Below are positions 1-10,077 of a stretch of 47,629 nucleotides of DNA, in pieces; position 1 is the first letter of the stretch, and each line of letters starts with the position of its first letter. The stretch comes from Candidatus Hydrogenedentota bacterium (GTDB taxonomy: Bacteria > Hydrogenedentota > Hydrogenedentia > Hydrogenedentales > SLHB01): contig CAXXYE010000005.1 of NCBI GenBank assembly GCA_963674865.2, positions 1-47,629 of the forward strand, in the 5' to 3' direction. The notes beneath the pieces were generated by a model. That model saw only the letters and a program-made list of their open reading frames with translations, searched no databases and was not told the origin of the DNA. The position numbers were made by a program, and so were the translations under genes.

Positions 1-1
1 G

Positions 2-40
2 GCATGTAAAGAGAAGCTCGAACGAGACGGCGCGCTGTGA
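2..40 (+). CDS. 3' end of probable TraR/DksA C4-zinc-finger protein (partial)
   Basis: Reads ACKEKLERDGAL*, like the CxxCK..E tail of DksA/TraR proteins; abuts lspA, a common neighbour. Only 12 codons visible. Confidence 0.5.
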   Translation, partial: ACKEKLERDGAL

Positions 41-563
41 ATGGACCCGCTTCGTAAGAGGCAGTTGGCCATCATTATCGCCGCTTTCTGTCTGATCCTT
101 ATCGCGGATCAAGTCACTAAGGCGATTGTTGTGGCGAAGATCCCGGAGGGGCACGCGCCGCCGGGGGCGGATAAGCGCTTCTTCTATTTCGCCCACGAGA
201 AGAATCCCGGCCTTGTTGGAGCATGTTCCGCGATCGGCGTGGATCGCCCGCACGGCCCCTCTCGTGGCGACGGTGGTTCTTGTCTACCTGTTCAGGCACC
301 TTGACGTGTACTCTATCAGGCAGGCCCTGGCCTACGGGATGGTGGCCGGCGGCGCGGGCGGGAACCTCATCGATCGGATCCGGCTCGGCCACGTTACCGA
401 TTTCCTTCAGTTCTATTTCTATTTCATCCCGTTTGATTTCCCGTGGAAGCGATATCCCGCGTTCAACGTGGCCGATTCCGCCATTTGCGTGGGGGTGTTT
501 CTGTTGATCATCTCCTGGCACAAAGTCGAGGGCGCAGAGCGACGTGCTGCCGATCATACTTAG
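41..563 (+). CDS. lspA: Lipoprotein signal peptidase II (indels near 220-240)
   Basis: DQVTK and NPG in frame 41..304; [14 protein letters not shown] and [10 protein letters not shown] in frame 126..563. Confidence 0.95.
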
Positions 564-1397
564 AATCGGGCCCTTACCCATCCACTCCTACGGCCTAATG
601 ATCGCCGTTGGCTTTCTCTTGGCGTTGTACGTCGGCCAACGGGAGACGAAGAAGCTCGGGCTCGATCCTCAGTGTTCGGCGACATGGCCTTCTGGGCTTT
701 GATCATCGGCCTGATAGGCACGCGTGTTCTCCACATTATCATGTTCCGGAGTATTACTCCTGGAAAGATCCGATAGGTTGGATCGCCATCTGGCGTGGGG
801 GATTGGTTTTTCATGGCGGGCCGCCGCCGGCGATCATCTTCTGCTACTTCTACCTGCGCAAGAAGGGTTTCCCCATCTGGAAAATCGGCGATGTAGCCAT
901 GCCGTGCCTGGCGCTCGCCCACGCCATGGGGCGTGTGGGGCTGTTTTCTCAACGGCTGCTGCTATGGCCATTGCACGGATTTGCCTTGGGGCATCCGCTT
1001 CCCGCGCGTCCCATTCGATCTGTCCCAAGAGCCGACGGGAAGTCCCCCGTACATGGCCCACTGCCGCGCGTTCAGCGATTTGTCCTTCTTCAAGGATCAG
1101 TGGTCCCTCACGGTTCATCCCACGCAGTTGTACGAGTCGTTTGGGCTCTTGGCCATCTTCTTCCTTCTGATGCAGCTCAGAAAGCGATGGCGCCCCTTCG
1201 ACGGGTTCACCTTGCCTCTGTACCTCATGTTCTACGGCGCACTGAGGTTCTTCATCGAGTTCCTGCGGGGGGATCACAATCCAACGCACTTCAACGATAT
1301 GCTGAGCGATCAGCAGGTTTTCTGCCTGCTCTTCGTCGTTGTGGGCGCTGTTCTCTTCACGTTCATGTCCCGCAGGGCGCGCAAGACTGCCAACTGA
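544..1397 (+). CDS. lgt: Prolipoprotein diacylglyceryl transferase (several indels)
   Basis: GTG start gives [18 protein letters not shown]; then [32 protein letters not shown] and RFFIEFLR across three frames. Confidence 0.93.
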
Positions 1398-1708
1398 CAC
1401 GCTGCGGCAACGTGGTTGCGGCGAAGTTAGCACCGAGGGCCAAGTGTTCTGTCATCGTATCCGACGCTCGGCGATTCACGAAGATGGTCCTTGCCGCTTG
1501 CTGAGACGCGGCGTTCGGCAGTGTGGAGCGCTATTGCTGGGGCCGGCATTTTGATCTATGCTCCCTATGGACTACGCGGTATGCAGGGACAGGCGCGTCA
1601 GAAGCGTTAATCCATCGGGCGACGGGCCGATGGTGGGGCTGATTCGCCAACCTGAGTGAAGAGCACGGGCCGGTGCTTCCGTAGAACGCTGAAGGCGGAG
1701 GAGGGGTC

Positions 1709-2687
1709 GTGATACGGCGTAAAGGAGCCATAGCTCTCTGTATTGCTCTCGGGGGACTTCTCTCCTGCTCCACTCTGGGGCGGACTGGCCTGATGCACGG
1801 GAGAGAAGTTGTCCCCGGTTTGTACTCCTATACGTACCATGACATATCGCGACTTCTTATGAGCGAAGGATATGCTACTGATATGTATGCGTCATGGAAC
1901 CTTGAAAGGAATAGCACGGGCAGTGCTGTACGCATCAAGGTTAATCCCTATGATTCAGGTACGTTGCTTTCCGTGTCATCGAACGGTGCTATTGAACAAC
2001 GCAGCATGAGGGGGACACGCAGTTACTTTGATGATAACCTTGACCTTGTCGTCTGGCGAGTCGGTAATACCATTTGCTTTCATGACGGGGCGACTCTTGA
2101 GGTGCCGAAGTACTCACGGCTGTATGTTGATCCCCGCAGGACGCTACTTCTGCCTGACGAGAATTACAGAGGCCGAAGATACGACAACGATTGCCTCGGT
2201 GTCTAATCCGTGCAGGCCCCTAGCCACGACGGCCGTCCCACCGGACGCCATCTTCTCTACGAGTGAGCGAGTGTACGTTTTCGGCGCGCTCTACAGGCAG
2301 GGCCACTGGAAGGGTGATATGTACGCCGTGACGTGTGAGGAATACCGAATCACTGAAGCGGGCCTTGAGTTGGTAGAAGTAGTGAGTGCTTCTGTGAATC
2401 CGCCCAGTCCTACTGGGTTCTGTGTCGAGGATATGGATACGGAGGCGCGGAGAGTGCTGTTATTTCATGGAGTGGACATGCCCCTATCGTTCTTGAGCTC
2501 TTGGCACCTGTGGCATCTGGACTCGGGAGAGGTTACTCGAATCGGTAGGGCACGCGGCGTCGCGTTGTTCTTGAATGGGGACATTCTCCGACATGCCGCC
2601 AGGCGACTTCGGGAAAGACGACAAGGAGATACAGCGGCGGGAGCCGGAAGGGAAGTTGGAAGTCTGCGCGACGGGGGCGATGGATGA
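1709..2687 (+). CDS. Hypothetical lipoprotein (probable indel near 2135)
   Basis: Basic N-terminus, hydrophobic stretch and lipobox-like LLSC; ORFs 1709..2206 and 2028..2687 overlap and join plausibly; no family recognised. Confidence 0.55.
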
Positions 2688-2952
2688 CACAAATGGGGGT
2701 AGATGACGAACGGGGCCCTCTTTGCTCAATACTTGCCGCCTCACTCGTTTCCGGCGGATTGCTCTGAGCGCGACTGTTGGCCCATCTACACGCGATCCTG
2801 GATGACGGCATTCGCTCTCAGCGAGACTCCGATAGAATGGCACGGGATTGCGAAGACTCTCTGATTCCTTTCTTGGGGGTGGCGGGGGCCATGTTCTATA
2901 ATGATGGTTCGATTAGAGGCGCGAAGTCGGCCCGTTGCGGAAAGGAGCCAAG

Positions 2953-3768
2953 ATGAAGATCTCGATCAATCAATGGGCGTTTCCGGGCGACATGCCCGCC
3001 GTTGACGCGCTGTCGCTGGCGCACAAGATGGGTTTTGAGGCGTTTGAGATTTGCGTCGGGGAGAAGGGCCCTTTCCCCCTTGACGCGACGGAGGCCGATG
3101 CGAAGGCGGTGCGCAAGCACGCGGACTCGCTCGGGATTGAGTTGTGCAGCGTCGGCAGCGGCATGGGCTGGAGTCTGCCTATGACGTCGCCGGACGCCGG
3201 TGTTCGTGAGCAGGGCAAGGAGGCGACGGCGAAGGCGCTTCAGGTTGCGCAGTGGCTTGGCGCCGGCTCTGTGTTGGTGGTGCCGGGCAGCGTGACGCCG
3301 GACACGCCGTATGACGTGGCCTTGGAGAACGCGCTCGCGTCGATTCAGGATCTCGTGTCGACGGCGGAGAAGTTGCGCGTTTCCGTGGCCGTTGAGAATG
3401 TGTGGAACAAGTTCCTGCTGAGCCCGGTAGAGATGCGCGATTTCATCGATCAGTTCGAGAGCGAGTACGTTGGGGCGTATTTTGACACAGGGAACATCAT
3501 CGCCTACTGGTATCCGGAGCAGTGGATTCGGATTCTCGGGGAGCGGATCAAGGCGATTCATGCCAAGGATTTCCGGGCGAGCGTAGGCACGCTCGGCGGA
3601 TTCGTTATGTTGATGGAGGGCGATGTTGACTGGCCCGCCGTGGTGGGCGCCCTCCGTGATGTTGGCTTTAACGGTGCGCTTACCGCGGAGTTCGGCCCTT
3701 ACAACCATTCGCTTGAGGTCATGCTGGAGCACGTTGTTGCCGGCCTCAAGGCCATCGTGACTTTGTAA
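2953..3768 (+). CDS. Sugar phosphate isomerase/epimerase family (xylose isomerase-like TIM barrel)
   Basis: AAGGAG RBS before ATG 2953; metal ligand motifs ENVWN, FDTGN, IHAKD, TAEF; TATAAT at 2897-2902 upstream. Confidence 0.9.
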   Translation: MKISINQWAFPGDMPAVDALSLAHKMGFEAFEICVGEKGPFPLDATEADAKAVRKHADSLGIELCSVGSGMGWSLPMTSPDAGVREQGKEATAKALQVAQWLGAGSVLVVPGSVTPDTPYDVALENALASIQDLVSTAEKLRVSVAVENVWNKFLLSPVEMRDFIDQFESEYVGAYFDTGNIIAYWYPEQWIRILGERIKAIHAKDFRASVGTLGGFVMLMEGDVDWPAVVGALRDVGFNGALTAEFGPYNHSLEVMLEHVVAGLKAIVTL

Positions 3769-3797
3769 GGCGGTTGGACTCCCTGGGGGAAAGGCTT

Positions 3798-4780
3798 ATG
3801 AATGTAGCGATCATCGGTTGTGGCGGGATGGGAAGCGTACACGCGAATTGCGCGACCAACTGCGGCCTGCGGGTGGTGGCCTGCGGCGATACACGGGCCT
3901 CGGCGGCCAAGGAGTTGGCCGGCCGGGTACGATGCGGAGGCGTCGACGGACTGCGCCGCGGTCGTTTGCCGGGAGGATGTGGACATTGTCGCGGTTACGA
4001 CGCCGACGCCGAAGCACGTGGAGTACGTGATCGCGGCGGCGGAGGCCGGCAAGCACGTCTTCTGTGAGAAGCCGTTCGGCCCGGACGGCTGCCGAGTGCA
4101 AGAAGGCCATTGCGGCGTGCAAGCGCGCGGGCGTCAAGCTCTTCGTAGGGCACGTGGTCCGCTACTTCCAAGAATTCGAGGCAATGCGAGCGCAGATCGA
4201 GGCAGGCAAGCTAGGCAAAGTCGGCTTTTGCGCGCCTCTACCGGGGAGGTATTTTCCCCTTAGGAGCGGATGCTTGGTTTCGTGACTACGCCCAGAGCGG
4301 CGGCGTGACGCTTGACTGCATGATCCACGACCCTGGATTGGGTGCGCTACACGTTTGGCGAGCCCGAGCGGGTGTTCTGTCAAGCTTTGCGCCAGAGCGA
4401 GCCGGAGATACTGGACTATTCGCTCGTGACGCTTCGGATGAAATCGGGGATGATCGTGCACGTGATCGGCACGTGGGCGCATCCATCAGGCTTCCGGGTG
4501 ACGGCGGGAGATCTGCGGGAGCGGCGGCATGCTTACGTTCGACTCTCAGGAAGTCCCCGTCTCAAGCGCGATGCGTCAAACGGCGGGCTCGGGGCCGACG
4601 ATGATCGTGCCGGCCAGCCCGGTCGACAAGACGCCGTATCAACTCGAGTGGGAGGATTTTCTCTCCGTGGTGGATGGGAAATCGCAGGCGCGGGTGACGC
4701 CGGAGGACGCGTTGCGGGTGGTGGAGATTGCCCTGGCGGCGCTGAAGTCGGCGGATACCGGAAAGCCGGTTCGGCTGTAG
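3798..4780 (+). CDS. Gfo/Idh/MocA family NAD(P)-dependent oxidoreductase (multiple indels)
   Basis: NVAIIGCGGMG, GKHVFCEKP, GHVVRY and SGGVTLDCMIHD spread over about six frame fragments. Confidence 0.88.
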
Positions 4781-4798
4781 GCAAACGAGGAGAGGGAC

Positions 4799-5796
4799 AT
4801 GGCCAAGATCGGGATACTGAGTTTCGCCCATGTACACGCGCCGAGCTACGCCTCGTGCCTTACCGAGTTGTCCGAGGCGGAGCTTGCGGCGGTTTGGGAT
4901 GACAATGCTCGTCGCGGCCGTGCCGCTGCGAAGGCCCACGGTGCGCGCTTCATAGGAGACTTGGACGCGTTTCTGGCGACGGATATCGCCGGCGTGGTGA
5001 TTACCGCGGAAAACGTCAGGCACCGGGAGCTTGTGGAGCGCGCTGCGGCGGCGGGGAAGTGGATTCTCTGCGAGAAGCCGCTCGCGACCACGGTGCAAGA
5101 CGCGAAAGCGATGATTGCCGCGTGCAAGAAGGCCAAAGTGGGTTTGGGGCACGGCGTTTCCGTGTCGCTATATTCCGGCGGTTGTGGCGGTAAAGGAGCA
5201 GATTTCGGCGGGTCGGTACGGCGATATCATCGCGGGCACCTGCACGAATAACGGGCAGTTCCCGGGGGGATGGTTCGCGAAGGAGTTGCTGTCCGGCGGC
5301 GGGGCGACGATGGATCATACGGTACACGTGGCCGATCTTCTCCGCTGGATGCTTGGGAAAGAGTTCACGAAGGGTTTACTGTGAGAACGGCCGTCTGCTG
5401 CGAACCGGCATCGACACAGATGATATCGGCTGCCTCCATCTGGAGATGGAGGGCGGGGCGATGATCTCGCATATCGCGAGTTGGAGCCGTCCGGGCAATT
5501 TCCCGACGTGGGGCGATGTGACGATGGAGCTGATTGGCGAGAAGGGCGTGGTGACCGTCGACGGCTTCAAGCAGAAACTCAACGTGTACGACGAAGACGC
5601 AGTGAAGGCGGAGTGGGCCTACTGGGGCGATAATCCGGATTTGGCCCTCATCCGTGATTTCGTGTCTGCCGTGGATGAGCGGCGTGAGCCGACGATCACC
5701 GGTTACGACGGCTTGAAGGCGGTGGAGGTCACCGAAGCTGCTTACCGTTCGGCCGCGTCGGGCCGGGCGGTTGCGGTGTCAGGAGGCAAGCGCTGA
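4799..5796 (+). CDS. Gfo/Idh/MocA family oxidoreductase (indels near 5148 and 5373)
   Basis: KIGILSFAHVHA, ILCEKPLAT, GGGATMDHTVH and TGYDGLKAVEV; GAGGAG RBS. Confidence 0.9.
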
Positions 5797-5854
5797 CGTA
5801 TATGTCAGCGCTGCCCCGCAGCGGAATGCGCGGGGCAAACTTGGAGAAATGCGT

Positions 5855-6298
5855 ATGAAAGGCATTCTAAGCGTGCTCGCGGTTGCTCTGTTTGCGGTTG
5901 CGTGGACGGGCTGTGCGACTCTGACGCCGCGCCAACCGACGATGAGCGACGCGCGCGTGACGCCCGACATGTTGAAGCCGGGGGACGTGGCGGTGATCAC
6001 GGTGGACGTGTCTGATCGATACGACACCGTGGCGCGTGTCGAGGGTGTTGTCGAAGAGGATCAGCAAGTCACGCTGAAGCTGAAGGACGACGGCGTCGCG
6101 CCGGATCAGGAGGCGGGCGACGGCGTGTGGACGCTCGAGGTGGACGTGCCGCGCCAAGCGCCTCCGGGTGAGTTCCACTTGACGTTGACGGCCTACGACA
6201 AGGATGGCGGGGTGGTTCTCGTACGCGACAAGGAAGGTGATACGATGCCGCTGAACTCGACCTGTCTTGTCAAGATCCAGTTTGCCGCTGAGGAGTAG
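5855..6298 (+). CDS. Lipoprotein with choice-of-anchor-X-like Ig/Ca-binding domain
   Basis: Signal peptide ending WTGC; LKDDGVAPDQEAGDGVWT matches the DDG..xD..AGDGV(Y/W) motif. Confidence 0.7.
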   Translation: MKGILSVLAVALFAVAWTGCATLTPRQPTMSDARVTPDMLKPGDVAVITVDVSDRYDTVARVEGVVEEDQQVTLKLKDDGVAPDQEAGDGVWTLEVDVPRQAPPGEFHLTLTAYDKDGGVVLVRDKEGDTMPLNSTCLVKIQFAAEE

Positions 6299-6303
6299 GG
6301 GTT

Positions 6304-7563
6304 TTGACAGTACTTGCGTGCCTCATGGCGCTAGTTGGAGCGCCGGATGTCTTTTTCATCTCCGTGGACACCCTCCGGGCCGACCATCTGGGTTGCTATG
6401 GGTACGCGCACGCCACGTCGCCCCATATTGACGAACTGGCGGGTGGGGCACTGCTCTTCGAAGATTGCGTGTGCGAGGTGCCACTGACGGGGCCGTCATT
6501 CGGGGCGATGCTCACGTCGCGGTTTCCGCGTTCCACGGGCATGACGCGGAACGGATTGCGCATGCCGGCGGATGTGCCTACCGTCGCCGAGTGCTTCAAG
6601 CAAGCGGGCTACCAGACGTTCTGTGTCCAGAGCAATTGGACGTTGAAGGCGGACCTTTCGGGACTCGACCGCGGATTCGAGCATTACGACGCGGACTTCG
6701 ACGAGAAGCGCTGGGGATTCATCAAACCGGAGCGGAGCGCGCCGGATGTGACGGGCACGGCCTTATCCCTCTTGCGCGGGCGTGATCCGGCACGGCCTCT
6801 CTTCTGCTGGATACACTATTCGGATCCGCACGCGCCGTATCAGTTCCACAAGCGGTTCGATCCGTTGGGGCGTGCGGGCATCTTCGCGGACAAGAAGGAG
6901 CGGGTTGCGCGTAAGTATGATTCAGAAGTGGCTTACGCGGATAGCCACTTGGGCAGGTTACTCGAAGCGATTCCCTTGGAGAACACATACGTGCTCTTCG
7001 CGGCGGATCATGGGGAAAGCCTTTATGAGCACGATTACCTGGGCCATGGGCGGCGGATCTATCAGGCGGGCGTCCACGTGCCGCTGATCATTCGGGGGCC
7101 GGGCATTGCGCCGGGGCGAACGGATGTCCCTGCGCGGACAATTGACGTGGGGCCGACGCTGCTTGGCATGGCCGGGCTGGCGCCGTTGCCGGGCATGGTG
7201 GGGATGGACCTCAGCCACGCACAGGCGTCGGCGGGGCATGCGCGCTTTCTCGAAGCCTACGGAGGCGCGGTGCCGGGCCTGCCGGGGGCCAAAGCGTTGA
7301 TGGCGGAGAGCCCGCCCCAGTGGCAGGGCGTTGTCCTGGATGGGTGGAAGCTGATCATGGACGGCCCGAAGCGGGAGTTGTATTACCTCCCTGATGATCC
7401 GATGGAGGAACGCGATCTATCGTCTGAGTCCGCCGAGCGGATCCCGGAGCTTGTGGGACTTGTCGAGGCTTGGGAAGAGGCCTATCCGCGTGGTGAGACT
7501 ACCGGGGCCGCCCTCTCGGATGAGGATGTTTCGGCTTTACGGAGCCTGGGCTATATTGAATGA
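6304..7563 (+). CDS. Sulfatase-like hydrolase (alkaline phosphatase superfamily)
   Basis: DTLRADH, PLTGPSF, HYSDPHAPY, ADHGE, GHG and C-terminal LRSLGYI. Confidence 0.88.
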   Translation: MTVLACLMALVGAPDVFFISVDTLRADHLGCYGYAHATSPHIDELAGGALLFEDCVCEVPLTGPSFGAMLTSRFPRSTGMTRNGLRMPADVPTVAECFKQAGYQTFCVQSNWTLKADLSGLDRGFEHYDADFDEKRWGFIKPERSAPDVTGTALSLLRGRDPARPLFCWIHYSDPHAPYQFHKRFDPLGRAGIFADKKERVARKYDSEVAYADSHLGRLLEAIPLENTYVLFAADHGESLYEHDYLGHGRRIYQAGVHVPLIIRGPGIAPGRTDVPARTIDVGPTLLGMAGLAPLPGMVGMDLSHAQASAGHARFLEAYGGAVPGLPGAKALMAESPPQWQGVVLDGWKLIMDGPKRELYYLPDDPMEERDLSSESAERIPELVGLVEAWEEAYPRGETTGAALSDEDVSALRSLGYIE

Positions 7564-8538
7564 GGGCGTGCGTTGCAGGAGGGGGATGGGGTTGACGGGG
7601 CGTCCCGCTTGGCGCGCCTCGAAGTGCAGATGAGGCCCGGTGGACCTGCCTGTCGAGCCGACGCGGGCCAGGAGCGTGTCTTCGGTGACGGCGTCGCCTA
7701 CGTGAACGAGGTTCTTAGCGTTGTGCGCGTAGACGGTATCGAGGCCATCGTCATGCCGCACAATCACTACTTTGCCGTAGCCAGGCTGCCAGCCGCTGAA
7801 GACGACCTCGCCCGGAAGCACCGCGCTCACGCCGGTGCCCGGTTCGGCGGCAAGGTCGATGCCGTCGTGATGGGCCGTGCGTCTTGTGAAGGGGTCGCGG
7901 CGCATGCCGAATGGGGAGGTGAGCCGGGCGGGCCCTTCAAGGATGTCGGCCCACGGACCCGACGCAACTGTGTCGACTTCCGCCAAAGGCTCTGGACGAA
8001 GCAGCGAATCTAGTAGGCCGTTGATGTCAAAGGACTTAGTCACCCCAAAATCCGTCACGGCCTCTTGGCTTGAGCGAGCGTGACGGGGAGGCGTCGGGGG
8101 AGCGGTACGCGGAACCACGGCCGAAACGCGATAGCTCCGCAGGGAGGGTGTGTCCTGTCCGAGGCGGTGAGAGGACATCGGTGAAGTGAGCGCGGAGAGG
8201 TCGAGTCTCTGGCCGGGCATTATCAGGTCGGGATTACGGAGTCCGTTGGCGCGGGCTACCTGGCTGACAGCTTGGTGGACCTCAGCGTCCGATGGGGAAT
8301 CACCCCGCGCCGTGAGGCCCTCGCGGCAGATGTGCCACAGCGTGTCGCCGTTGCGGACAGCGTAGGCGCCTGAATGCCGTGCTTCAGCGCGGTGCGACGG
8401 GCTCGTCGCGATGTTGTCGAGGGTACGAGCGAATGGGAGTGCGTCATGTGTCCTGTTCGCCGCTATTTGGAGGGGTGCCGACGCCGTGGATTCCTCCGGC
8501 GCGGTTCCACCGTTTGCGGTGATGGGGATAACCTGCAT
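7537..8538 (-). CDS. LysM domain + M23 peptidoglycan DD-metalloendopeptidase
   Basis: YAVRNGDTLWHI...ANGLRNPDLIMPGQRL (LysM); HDGID, YAHN and GRSTGPHLHFE (M23); AGGAGG RBS before ATG 8538. Confidence 0.92.
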   Translation of the reverse strand: MQVIPITANGGTAPEESTASAPLQIAANRTHDALPFARTLDNIATSPSHRAEARHSGAYAVRNGDTLWHICREGLTARGDSPSDAEVHQAVSQVARANGLRNPDLIMPGQRLDLSALTSPMSSHRLGQDTPSLRSYRVSAVVPRTAPPTPPRHARSSQEAVTDFGVTKSFDINGLLDSLLRPEPLAEVDTVASGPWADILEGPARLTSPFGMRRDPFTRRTAHHDGIDLAAEPGTGVSAVLPGEVVFSGWQPGYGKVVIVRHDDGLDTVYAHNAKNLVHVGDAVTEDTLLARVGSTGRSTGPHLHFEARQAGRPVNPIPLLQRTPSFNIAQAP

Positions 8539-8576
8539 GCGCACACTTCCTCCTGAACCAGTTCCTATTGACAACA

Positions 8577-8592
8577 GGCAAGGCACGTGCCA
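8577..8592 (-). promoter_or_regulatory. Sigma54 -24/-12 promoter of the LysM-M23 gene
   Basis: Minus strand TGGCACGTGCCTTGCC = TGGCACG-N4-TTGC with exact GG-N10-GC spacing, about 40 nt upstream of the ATG. Confidence 0.8.
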
Positions 8593-8790
8593 CAACGCTC
8601 TATTTGCCGTAAGGTATGTCATAGCAGTTAGTTATGGTGTGAGCTTCAGCTTGGTGACAGCGCCGCAAACGGAATATTTTGCCTGTTGGGGAACGTTTGT
8701 GCGTTAGCATGAACATCGGCCATGCCGACTGGACAGTCACGTTGATAACTTGTTGAATTGCAGCTGTTTCGGCTAGAATCACGGCTGTAG

Positions 8791-9726
8791 ATGAAGGTGA
8801 GTAACTTGCTGAAGCATATTCAGAACAAGAAGCGGTTCGCGGCGTTAACGGTTTGCGCCGTTCTGACGGTGGCGGCCCTGTCGTGGTGGGTGGCCTCCTC
8901 GCCGGGGGACCTTGCGGAGTTGGCGCCTTACGCCGAGCGGTATAACTATGAGCGGCTCGAAGCCGGGCTCGTGGGGACTCAGGACAACGCCGAGAGTTTC
9001 ACGTTTGTTGTGTTGGGCGACACGCGCAATAACATGTACGTGGCGCCGGATGTGTTCCGCCACGCCGCAGAGGAGCGTCCGGTGATGATCTTCCACACGG
9101 GCGACCTGATCCGGGGCGGCACAGTCAAGGAATATCTCGAGAATCACATTCCGCTGCTGGAGATCGCGGATCCCGTACCGGTGTTCTGTATCCCGGGGAA
9201 TCATGAGCGGGGCGATCGGCGCGATTTCGCCGCGTTCGAGGCCCTCTATGGGGGCACGCGCTTCTCATTCGATTACGGGCCGTGCCGGTTTGTCGGCTTC
9301 AACGCGAGCGAGAAGATCCGCGTTACCGCGGGGGATCTGGCGTTTCTCGAGCAGGAATTATCGAAGCCGGGGGCGACGTACAAGTTCGTTTTCTTCCATA
9401 TCCCGCCGAAGTACTTCGAGGGAAAGGTGGCAACGAATGATCGGCGCGGGTTCGACTGGAACGCCGATAAGTTACGTGAGCTGCTCTCCCGCCACCATGT
9501 GAATGAGGTGTTCATGGCCCACATTCACGGCTACGCAACGGCGGTGATCGATGGTGTCCGCTACACGCTGACGGCCGGGGGGGGCGCGCCTTTCAGCAAA
9601 CGCCTGCCCGAAGAGGCTCGGATCTTCCACTACATGACGATCCATGTCACCCCGCAGGGGCTTTCGGAAGAACTCGTCTACCGGGACCGCGACACGGGCG
9701 ATTGGCGGCGCAAGGCCGTTTACTAA
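8791..9726 (+). CDS. Calcineurin-like metallophosphoesterase, N-terminally anchored or exported
   Basis: GDTR, HTGDL, PGNHE, FFHIP and AHIH motifs; N-terminal hydrophobic helix. Confidence 0.9.
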   Translation: MKVSNLLKHIQNKKRFAALTVCAVLTVAALSWWVASSPGDLAELAPYAERYNYERLEAGLVGTQDNAESFTFVVLGDTRNNMYVAPDVFRHAAEERPVMIFHTGDLIRGGTVKEYLENHIPLLEIADPVPVFCIPGNHERGDRRDFAAFEALYGGTRFSFDYGPCRFVGFNASEKIRVTAGDLAFLEQELSKPGATYKFVFFHIPPKYFEGKVATNDRRGFDWNADKLRELLSRHHVNEVFMAHIHGYATAVIDGVRYTLTAGGGAPFSKRLPEEARIFHYMTIHVTPQGLSEELVYRDRDTGDWRRKAVY

Positions 9727-9867
9727 GGATGCGGTCAGAAAGACACCGAATAACGGGGGGCAAAACTCTGGGCGTTGAGACACAGGGACTTACAGATGCT
9801 TTCTGGCCGCATCCCACCGGGAACCGCGCTTTCAGGCCAGACTTGCAGCGGTTCCGCTTACTTCGCT

Positions 9868-10017
9868 AGAAAAGGGACAGACACGTCTCGCTCAGGACCT
9901 CGCTCGCTTGCATCAGTCCCTTTTCTGCGGTTCTTTCCTGTCCATGGGGCGCGCGCGAAAAGCGGGTAACAGACACGTCTACGCTTCGTTCCGCTTGTGT
10001 CAGTCCCCGTTTTTCGC
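9868..10017. repeat. Two tandem related palindromic (REP-like) elements
   Basis: 9868-9926 and 9955-10017 share ACAGACACGTCT..CGCT..CGCTTG..TCAGTCCC, and each has inverted-repeat ends. Confidence 0.7.
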
Positions 10018-10077
10018 TTCTTCTTGGCACTTCTCTCAGTGTAGACAAGTGCCTTCAGTTATGAGTCAGAACACGTG

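Noticed and set aside
2838..2852. Sigma54-like TGGCACGGGATTGCG
   Set aside because: GG-N9-GC, one base short of the strict spacing, and a TATAAT lies nearer the gene. Worth rechecking after polishing because this zone is indel-rich.
9868..10017. CRISPR array
   Set aside because: Only two diverged ~60-nt units, no regular spacers and no cas genes.
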